The position numbers and the translations under genes are program-made. A stretch of DNA of 64,000 nt from the human T2T-CHM13v2.0 reference genome, Homo sapiens, in NCBI RefSeq assembly GCF_009914755.1, contig NC_060930.1. The stretch is one strand, 5' to 3'. The notes under the pieces were generated by a model. The model made no database searches, had not been told where the DNA came from, and saw only the letters and a list, made by a program, of their open reading frames with translations. Shown piece after piece: positions 54,601 through 64,000 of this stretch; position 1 is the first letter of the stretch, and every line of letters starts with the position of its first letter.

Positions 54601-55920
54601 ACTGCAGTGATTCTTTTTTCTCTTCTGGATCTAGCCACCCTGCAGAGCTACTAGGCTCTGGGCTGGTACTGGGGAGTGTCTGCACAGAGTCCTGTGATGT
54701 GAACTGTCTTCAGGTCTCTCAGCCATGGATACTAGCACCTGCTCTGGTGGAGGTGGCAAGCAAGTGAAGTGGACTCTGTGAGGGTCTGTAGTTGTAGTTT
54801 TGTTTATTGCACTAGTTTTGTGTTGATTGCCTCCAACCAGGAGGTGGTGTTTTCAAGAGATCATTAGCTGTGGTAGTATAGGGAGGATCAGGTGGTGGGT
54901 GGGGCTCAAGAGCTCCCAAGAGATTATGTCCTTTGTCTTTGGCTCTCAGGGTGGGTAGAGAAAAACCATCAGGTGGGGGCAGGGTTAGGCATGTCTGAGC
55001 TCAGACTCTCCTTGGGTGGGGCTTGCTGTGGCTGCTGTGGTGGATGGGGGTGTGGTTCTTAGGCCAATGGAGTTATGTTCCCAGGGAGATTATGACTACC
55101 TCTGCTGCGTCATGCAGGTAGCCAGAAAAGTGAGGGAAAACTGGCAGTTACAGGTCTCACCCAGCTCCCGCACAGCCCAAAGGGCTGTTCTCACTCCCAC
55201 CGTGGCCCTCCCTGAAACAGCACCAAGTTTGTTTCCAGACAGCGGCTGAGCAGGGCTGAGAGCTTTCCTCAGTCTACCAGCCTTCCAGCTGATAAAGCAA
55301 GCAGGGCTTCCAGGTTTCATGTCTCCCTGCCTGCCACAGCTTCTGTGCTTTGTCTGCACTCCCAATTCACCCCTTCCTCTGGGTTCTGTCCAGGAAACTT
55401 CATGCTTGGTCAAAATTGTTACAAAGTTCAGCTGGAAGTTTCCTTCTCCCTGTGTTTTTTTCCCAATTCCTCTGGCAGCCCTCCCCAAGGACTCCTGTGA
55501 GACAAAGTCAGAAATGACTTCCCTGGGGACTGAGAGAGACAACAGGGCTCTTCTCCATGCTTCTTCTACCCCTGTATTTTGCTCAGCTCTCTGAAGTTAT
55601 CTCAGTTCCAGGTAAGGTCAAAACCCTCCTCCTGTGATCTATACCTTCAGGTTCCCCAGTGAGAGTATGTGTTCAGGGGTGGATGATCCTCCTCACACTT
55701 TCACACTTTGGGCATTCATGGTTTTTTGGCTGTCACCCAGGGCCTGAAGCAGCACTCCACTTCTTTCAAAGGGTCTGTAGATTCTCTCAGCTTTCCTTGT
55801 ATGTTCCTGAGGTAGTTATTGGCGCAGAAGTTCATGATGTGAGTCTCCACATGCTGCTCTGTCTGGCTGAGTGGGAGCCACAAGTTAGTCTTGCCTCCTA
55901 TTCATCCTCTCCCGCAATGA
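51700..55920 (-). mobile_element. L1PB-type element retaining 5' UTR, ORF1 and 3' end but lacking most of ORF2
   Basis: L1PB 3' end 'ttacatgaataagttctttag...cctgagcagtgtacactg'. ORF1p remnants in ORFs 53530-53880 (EQSIQEVWDYVKRPNL) and 53349-53576 (VTYKGKPIRLTADFSAETLQ). GC-richer 5' UTR at about 54480-55920. Confidence 0.88.
53955..54238 (-). mobile_element. AluSc-like element nested in L1 ORF1
   Basis: 'ctgtcaccaggctgg' and 'ggccaggatggtctcgatc', with a short internal deletion near 54050. Confidence 0.92.
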
Positions 55921-56385
55921 CCTGTGAATTTTCAAGTAGAGGATAGAGTGTACTGTGTTTTCTGGTGTGTCCTCAGAACCTCATTTCTAAGAAGCGTCTT
56001 GTGGAACCAGTGTTATGTGAAATATATTTTGGAAAATTTGGCCTGGGCAAGGGGAAGCCAGTGAATGTTTTAAGGAGGGTGACATGGTCCAAAATATTTT
56101 ATAGGGCCTTCTCTTGGCAGGAATATGATTTGATGAGAAAGAGGCTAGAGGCCCAGAGAACAGATGAGAGCTCATTGGCATCAGCACTTGGACATTTGAG
56201 GGTGAGGGCCCAGATGTGCGATGACAGTGGGATCAAAGTAAATATGTAGATGTGAGAGGGAGTGTGAAGAATAAGAAGTCATCAGCAAATGATAATTGTT
56301 TTCTAAACAGAGATAACCCAGATGGAAAATTTAAACAAAAGAATATATATAGGTGCTATTTAATGAGCATTTGTTATATGACTGA

Positions 56386-56387
<2 letters not shown>

Positions 56388-56427
<40 letters not shown>
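56388..56427. repeat. (CA)n microsatellite, about 20 units
   Basis: Read directly. Confidence 0.97.
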
Positions 56428-56430
<3 letters not shown>

Positions 56431-57079
56431 CCATAGGTTAAGACAAATGAATTAATTTATCCAAGATGGCATGGATAAAATTAGAATAGCAAAGGTTTGA
56501 ATTCAACTAATTTCGAAGGCCAAATTAGTGCCTCTGTGCTAATCTCTTATAAGAAGAATAAGAAAAGATTATACCAAGTGGTGTTATAATTAAGATTTGA
56601 TGGGCCATAGAGTTGAAATTTAAAAAGTGAGCAATTAAAAATACTTATCGTGAGATATACATGTAACATAAAAATCTTCTGCAATAGGAAGTAGATGAAG
56701 TAATTTAAACATGACACTTGAACCTTAAGGAATTTTGGCAGTAAAAATATATGATATATAATAAGACGTTATATGAGATATAATTAGAATATGATATAAA
56801 GTGCTATAGTATAGATTAGAGACTACAAGCATAACTAAAAGCCCTTTTCTCCCAAAATTTTACTTCTAAGAGTTGTGGCTGCTGAAATTAGACCAACTTT
56901 TGACAATAAAGTAATGAGTCAAATGAAAAATATAGAAATAACCACCTGTGACTCACCTTAGTAGACCTGGTGTACCATAGAGGTAAAAGCAAACAATTAT
57001 GATACAGGTGTCCTACACAGTGAATGTTTTTTTCTGTATTAATTGAACAAATAATACCTTGCTAAAATATGTTAGGGAC

Positions 57080-57240
57080 TATATAAATTACTTCATTTAC
57101 ATTATTTTCTGTAGGTGAAGGTGAGTATATTATGCTCATTTTACTCATGAAGAAAGTACAATTTAGAGGTTAACTCATCAAAGATCCACAACCAATTGTC
57201 TGCAGAGTTGGAATGGGACTTGGATTTGTGTGAGTTTCAT
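57080..57240 (-). mobile_element. MIR remnant
   Basis: 'tattatgctcattttactcatgaagaaa...agaggttaac...cagagttggaatgggac'. Confidence 0.55.
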
Positions 57241-57556
57241 GTTTGTTTACTTCACATTTGAAGAAACATTAACCTTTCTCTGTACTGCTTTGTGATTTTT
57301 TTAAAAATAGTTCTTCAATGTCATATAAATATATCCAAAAGTTATCGGTTATTTCAGACTTCTTACAATTCCACTTCCTTTGTGAAACTTTTCCTGAGTT
57401 AAAAGATTCATCTTTCTTACCAAATAGTGATTACTCTCCCTGCAGGTAGAAAGCATAAATGCTAATTCATGAGCCTTGTATTTTGTATGTCTTGATTTGC
57501 TGTTTAACTACATTTATTCATCAAAGTAGTCTTAAAAAGTAATTCTCAAATGGACA

Positions 57557-57634
57557 TTAGGATGGGGTTTAGACCATTTAAACCTTTATAATGGGTTTTA
57601 GGATGGGTTTTAGACCATTTAAAACATTTATAAT
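57557..57634. repeat. 41-bp tandem duplication (about 1.9 units)
   Basis: ttaggatggggtttagaccatttaaacctttataat / ttaggatgggttttagaccatttaaaacatttataat. Confidence 0.85.
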
Positions 57635-57899
57635 AATGTGCAAGATGAAACAGATATGGCAAAATGGGGTTACATAGTCAGAAACAGCCTCCAGAATTAG
57701 AAAATTTGGTTCAATGATGTGATAAGGGATGGAAATTAAAAATAAATAAAGACTTTCATGGATATTATTGTAAATTAAAGTGACCCAAACACTGGTAAGT
57801 GCAAACATATCTGAACATGGTATTTTCATGACAAAAGAAATATGGACAAAGAACAAGAAGATGAATTCTGTATGGATAAAAGGAGGCTCGTATATCTCA

Positions 57900-58500
57900 G
57901 AAATATAATTAAAAACAAGACGTTTAGAGGAAAAAAAATAACCTGGAAATGATATCATCAAAAATACCTATGGTAATAAAGAAAAACAAATTGGAAATGT
58001 GGCTGAAATGTGGTGGCACACAGGAATACTGTTATGGTTTGCACCATCTATGGAAGCATCCCATTACCAAGGAGAAGGGAGCTGTGCCTGTTCATAGTTC
58101 TGAGACACGATCACAGTTGGAATCATAAATAATACTTCTATTTGGAGGAATATTATTACCAGGAAATTATAGTCAAAATGGAAGAAATATAGAGACGTGC
58201 AATAATAGTGGTTAGGAACTGCCAGAATTGCTTCTAGAAGAGATGATTCAAAGAATTAAATAGCTTGGTATTTAACTCCTAGCAACTAGGAGTTCACGAG
58301 TGTTTATAATCACATGGAGATTGTTAACCCTAAAGAGACAGACATGTCAATTATTAAGGGCTATAATTAAAAGCAATTTAGTAAGATTAGGAAAGAGAGA
58401 ATTGAGGCAACAGTCATAAGACCCATTCGAATACTGAATGAGGAGTGTGCCTAGGATTACATCCTAGCTTCTTAGTTTGCAATATGGGCTTCCATTATTT
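57900..58500 (+). mobile_element. Possible L3/CR1 relic
   Basis: Decayed purine-rich pattern resembling the CR1 ORF2 3' end. Recognised only loosely. Confidence 0.35.
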
Positions 58501-60419
58501 TGAGCATTTCTAAACATCTCATGTGTTCTTTTTTCCCGCTGTGATTCCCTTTCCTCCTTATAGTTTTTATCTCTCTCGTTTGAACCATAAGTTCTGTGTT
58601 CCTTTGTGTCAATACATTTTATGGATCTTCTGTGGATTCCGCCCACTTAAAAATACTGGTTTTTAAAATTTATGTGGCAGCCTTGAGCTAGCATTCATTT
58701 TGCAAGCGCTGAAAGCAATCTTTTCCTCACAAATTTTCCTTTCTTTAATCCATGGGTATGTTATATTTTCAGGTGCTATGCAATACATTTCTGTAACCAG
58801 AATTTCTCAGTGTTCTAATAAAAGCTATAAAAAAGGTGTGACTATCAGTAACTCATTTAAAATGATTTATCACAGCATTGTGATTCAATTAAATATTTCC
58901 TGGCAAACAAGTTTTCCTTAATGTGAACTTTAAATGAGCTTGGCTTTGAGTTATGTATACAGTGAAAGCAGCAAAATATGAGTCATAGAAGAATGTAAAT
59001 TGGGGGACAATATTTTTATATTGTGAAATAGCTACTTTCTTTAAAAGAGTGACATCACTTCTTTAAAGTTCTGTCATTTAAGTTTTATCAAGAAGTAACT
59101 ATAAGAAGAAAAAATTGAGAGATCTTTGGAAAAACAAATGCCATCTGTCCTCAGTGTTACAGAAATAGGTCTCAAAAGCAGATGAAAATGTGAGCAGTCT
59201 ACACATCAGAGCTCAAGGAAGGCCAAAGTACTTTTACTGATGCCTGTGTTCATAGCTCTTAAACCCCCTTAGAAGGAATGTTCTCTTAATTAAAAATAAA
59301 AATATTCTGTGTTCTTTACAAAGTCTGATATTATTTCCAGGATGTCTGAACAATGATGTAGGAAAATCCATCCTACAACTACAACAGAGAAATATATTTT
59401 AATTGCTCTTATGCTTTGGAAAGAATATTAAATTTGTATCTTGGGAAATTATTTCTCTTTCCTCTTTTCTTCATCCTTTCTCTTTCCCTTTCTGTGTCAC
59501 TGAATACTACTAGGTGTGAGATATTAAGTTGTTTATGGCCAAGTGAAATATTGCAGCCTATAAGAGTCATAAGAAAGGTGAAGGATTGGCCTTTCTTTGG
59601 TTCAGATGATAAGCCTGACACACATATGGTGCTCATGGCCTCTTCTGCGATTGGAAACAAACACTGTGTTTAATTCCTTGTTCTAGAGCTTCCTTTTGCT
59701 GCTTGTAGTAAGTACTGTAGAGATTTACCCTTTGTGTTTGGTATAAATTATCTCAAGAGAGTACTGTGTACCTCAAAGTCCTCTAGAGTCTGATTGTAGG
59801 GTAATATACAAAATGACAACCAATTGTTCCTGGTTTTACAGAAAAATTTCTTCTCTAACCTGTACAGATACTTCTTATCTCTAGATTCCTGTCCACTTCA
59901 AAAGAAACAAGTAGGTTGAACATGTGCCTTGAGACCTTTGCTCAGTATTGCTTAGTAAGAAAGCCCATAATTGTTGCTCACCTCTGACTTACCATTTTTA
60001 GTGTAAAATATGAGAAACACATTAGAAGCCTGAAAATATAGCTCTTGACCTAGCTTTATTATTTTGCTAGGGCTGTGATGCTGGGAAAGAAGAAAGGAAT
60101 TAAAAGGAGCCCATTTATATTACATGTGTGCCATGATTACATATCTTTCTTAGTGAATCTCTAAGTGAAATGGAAATCTGGATTGAATAGCAGCAGTAAT
60201 ATATATATATAAAAAAAAAGAGGAACAATTCCCAACAGTGTACTGTATTAAGGTGCTGACCCAGGACTTAGAAGCCAAAAAGTGTCAGTCCCCAGTCCTT
60301 CTCTTTTGTCAAACCAAGTTTAATATATACATTTGTTCATCATACATACACACACAAGTGTATATATGTGCACACTTGCATATGTATATTTATATTATAT
60401 AATGAATTATATATAGTTT

Positions 60420-60740
60420 ATTTAAAAATTGACAATTGTAGAAAAATCAGAAAGTTAGAAAAATGAATAGTATTGCTATAACTGAGAGACAATGGGAAAA
60501 TTACTGTTAGTATCTTTCTGTTTATTTTTCAGACTTTTATTTATTGTAGTTATCATCCCATATTTTATATCTTGTTTCTTATTTAAAATTTCAAATTATA
60601 ACAACCATTTCATGTGCCTCTATAAACTCTTTATAGGTATCATTTAAATATATCCTAAGAGTTCGCAAAGTGGATAATTTCATAGTTTATTTAACCATTT
60701 TTATTTAACCATTTCCCATATTTGGGGCATTTAATTTTTC
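60420..60740 (-). mobile_element. L1ME-type 3' remnant
   Basis: 'attgtagaaaaatcagaaa', 'catagtttatttaaccatt...ttggggcattta'. Confidence 0.5.
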
Positions 60741-61004
60741 TCTCTCTTCTCCTAGTTCTCTTTTATCTAAAATTTTTTTTGCTTTGCCCCCTTCCTTTTC
60801 TTTCTCTATTATTCTTTTTTCCTCTCATTTTAACAGGAACTCTGTATCAAAGCTGAGATGTGGCTGGAGCTTTAAGATAGGTGACATTCCTTACTTAAGG
60901 GGAATATTTATATCCACTAATTTTCAATTTTGAGGGATCTCATAAAGGGTAGAAAACCATGATGGCAACAACATCCCTCCAAAAAAAAAAAACCACCCTT
61001 GAAT

Positions 61005-61142
61005 CGTGTTTATATATATGTATGTATGTATATGCATATGTGCATGCCTGTTTGTGTGTGAGTATGCGTGTGTATTTGTGTGTACGTGTGTGTTTAGGTT
61101 TTTGTTGTGTAGATCTGTATGTGTGTGCAAGTGTGTATCTAT
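61005..61142. repeat. Degenerate (TA)/(TATG)/(TG) low-complexity tract
   Basis: Read directly. Confidence 0.85.
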
Positions 61143-61864
61143 GAATACATCTGTGATTTGTGTGATAGATTGGAGGTGTGGGGATGTCTAAAGCCTGCTC
61201 AACAAACTAGGCTTGGAAATGAAATGAGTATCTCTATCAAACTGAATGTCTAATATGTATTTGCAATTCAGCTGCCTCGGCAACATGGCCTCATGGTTTT
61301 TGGATTTAATGGGAGAGCTGGTGTCAACAACTTTTTCAATCCAGATGCTCTGTGATCTGTGTGCTTTGAAGGAAAGGAGAGGAAGTGCTGTGTGTTTCAA
61401 CTGAAGGACTCTATTGGTAATTCTTTGATATCCAGGTAATACTCTCAAAATCTGCCATGTAACTCCACATTGACATTAGTTTCCTGGCTTCAAGAGGGGA
61501 CTGAGAAGGAGCTGCAGTATTACTGGTGAGCACTGGTGATGGAAAAAGTGCAGGGCCCACAGCTCAGGACAACGGAGGCCAGCCAAGCAATAAAGTCAGA
61601 GAAAAACCTCACAGTGACAACTCTGAGTAATCGGGAGGCAAATGCAAGCTCTACTTTTGTACTTAAACAAGTATTTTTGAAGAGCTCAGAGCTAGCATGG
61701 TTTAGGTATTTGGATTGAAATGTCAATATTAATGGGACTTCATTGATAGATTTGAGGAATATTGGGTCACCTGACTAAAACCACAGTGACCAATCTTTGT
61801 TTATCATTGTCCCCCTGCACAATATTTCTAATTGTTTTCTTAAAGCTAGATCCCCAGATGATGA

Positions 61865-62341
61865 GTTACCCAGTTTTTCAATTTGGGTTTGCCCCCCAAA
61901 CAAACCCTAAGGCAAGTATTTGTGTGCAAGGAGTTTATTTGGAAGATCCCAGCATGCCCAAGTGAGGAATTGGAAAAACTGAAATGGAGAAAAAAGAAAA
62001 ACCAATGAAAGGTGCTTTAATAAGTGGATTACTCCCATGGGCAACAGGGACTGAAACCTACTAGGGACACTTTGAGAAACCATATGCAACACACTCAGAA
62101 TCAGTCTACAAAGATTGGCAAGCTGAGGCATTGATATATTTGTTAGTATCTCCTTTCTTTGGAGGTTGCTTCAGGTTTATTAACTCCAGAAAATGGCTAC
62201 TTGTGGCTGAGCAGAATGATAAGAGAGGTGATACATTTGAGATGTAAACTTGTCAGAGGGCTGAAAATTCTATGTGACCATTACCAAAGCACACAAGTGG
62301 GATGAGGGGTAAGGGATGGAGCATTGGCAGCATCAGCTACA
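61865..62341 (-). mobile_element. ERVL LTR (LTR33/LTR16 type)
   Basis: 'aaccctaaggcaagtatttgtgtgcaaggagtttatttgga', 'ccatgggcaacagggactg' and end 'ggcagcatcagctaca'. Confidence 0.7.
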
Positions 62342-62749
62342 CTGAGTTTACCATGTCTGTATTTCAATATACTGTTCTTGTGAATATGTGCCATATATTT
62401 AGGATTGTTATTCTTTTGCTTTCTTTCAACTAGGAATCACAAAGTATCTAGATATATAAGATAGACAATACCTCTAAAGCTTTTTTCAATCTCTGTGTCA
62501 TAGTTCTGTTAAGCAACCAAAGCATGTGGGCCATTCTACTTTGAAGGTCTGCTGGAATGTGTATTTCTCCTTGGAAAGAATAAATATTGAGGCACAAAGA
62601 GGCTTGAAATGTGGAAGAGGAATGTGCTACCATAGCAGCCTCACTCTGAGGGTGGCCTAAATTGACTTGGCATTTTGGCTCATAGCTTTGAAAATTCCCT
62701 TTATTTCTACCCCAAATTCAAGTTGTCGGATGTCAGTACCCATTTATGT

Positions 62750-63290
62750 ATATAGCGTTTTGTTTTCACTTTCCAGTTCTCCCTCATTCTACTTGTAATA
62801 AATCAACCTAGAAATATTTTTGACCTTTCCTGTGTCCTATCATTATTCTTTTAGTTAAGATTTTTGAAAAAAAAAATGAAAGAAGGAAAAAAAAATAGTA
62901 GTTTACTGTTCTTCACCAAGCAGTCACACCTCAGCACATAAAAATCTGGCTTCCATTTCCACCACTTCCCAAGGAATGTTCTCATCATATTCAATAAACT
63001 CATAAAGCCAAGTTTAATCAGCACTTTTTGTTTTTTTCTGTTGGGAATTACTGATTGCTCTTCTGAGATCGAGACTATTATGTGCTACATAATGAACATT
63101 CTCTATTTGTACAATGTGCAGTGCTCAAATTAAAAGCTAAGTTTATCATCTCCCAAACTAGCCATACCTCCTTATCCTGCCCAAAATTTGTCCTTTGTAT
63201 TAGGTGTTTTGCCTTGGTGACTAGCATCACCATCTACCTACAACCTAAGTCAAAAAGTTGGAGTCATTTCAGACAATTATCCAACAGTTA
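62750..63290 (+). mobile_element. L2 remnant
   Basis: 'aatctggcttccatttccaccac', 'gcatcaccatctacctac'. Confidence 0.5.
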
Positions 63291-63499
63291 TTTTCTCCTT
63301 TCAAGGCTACACAGTAAATCATAAAACACTATTTCTTTGACACTGGACCTATTTAATCTTGGAAATTTCTGGTTTCCTTCAAGTTCTTCCTGAACTTTTC
63401 CTGGTATTTCCAGTGAGTGTCTCACAGTTATTTCAAGAACTTGACACTCCTTTGAGATCAATCTGTTATTAGCTTCTTATTCCCCTCAGTGCAATTGAG

Positions 63500-64000
63500 G
63501 TTTAATAGATAAATGAAAATTATATATATTTACATGGTATAAAATGATGTTTTGATTTACATTGTTAAATGATTACCACAAGCTAACTAAGATATCCATC
63601 ATCTCAGGTAGTTACTGTTTGTTGTTGTTTTTTTTTTGTGTGTGCTGAGAACATTTAAGATCTACTCCCTTAGGAAATTCCAAGTATACAATGCAGTATT
63701 ATTAAGTACAGTCACTATGATTTATATTACATCTCCAGCACTAACTCATCCTGAAAAACTGAAACTTTCTACCCTTTGACCAACATTTCTCCAATCCCCA
63801 CACCCACCAGCCCCTGGCAAACACCATTCTACTCTCTGCTTTTATGAATTTGATTTTTACATTCCACATATAAGTGGGATCATGTGATGTTTGTCTTTTT
63901 GTGCCTAGCTTATTTCTCTTAGCATAAGGTCCTCCAGATTTATCCATATTGTCGCAAATGAAAAGATTTCTTCTATCTTTAAGGCTGGATAATGTTGTTA
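63500..64000 (-). mobile_element. L1MA8/9-type 3' end, runs off the window
   Basis: 'gagaacatttaagatctactc', 'aactgaaactttctaccctttgaccaacat', 'cattccacatataagtgggatcatg'. Confidence 0.85.

Noticed and set aside
59039-59068. Imperfect AT-rich palindrome
   Set aside because: Mismatched and low complexity, so expected by chance.

Overview
AT-rich primate (human-like) non-coding DNA. Much of the window is interspersed repeats: about ten Alus, L1s of many ages (mostly on the - strand), L2, MIR and CR1 relics, several solo LTRs (THE1/MST, MLT1, MLT2, LTR12, ERVL-type) and DNA transposons (Tigger2a, MER5). I find no credible protein-coding gene, RNA gene or CRISPR array. The ORF track reflects repeats, microsatellites and chance ORFs, and the only recognisable protein remnant is L1 ORF1p at about 53.3-53.9 kb. 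I cannot support a new gene system. The structure that repeats do not explain is a set of local copy-and-rearrange scars: (1) a multi-step templated junction at 47.4-47.7 kb with a 37-bp-stem hairpin, a re-copied 19-mer and a 157-bp copy from 1.09 kb upstream; (2) a ~430-bp inverted duplication around a 2.3-kb spacer (41.05-44.18 kb); (3) an older ~190-bp direct duplication (13.1/14.5 kb); (4) a 20-bp templated insert with a hairpin inside an MLT1-type LTR; (5) a tiny L1-mobilised retrocopy of an LTR poly(A) end; (6) a twin-primed inverted L1. A few candidate exons and regulatory blocks are weak and unverified. Repeat families were assigned by eye from remembered consensus sequences, and boundaries of old elements are approximate.
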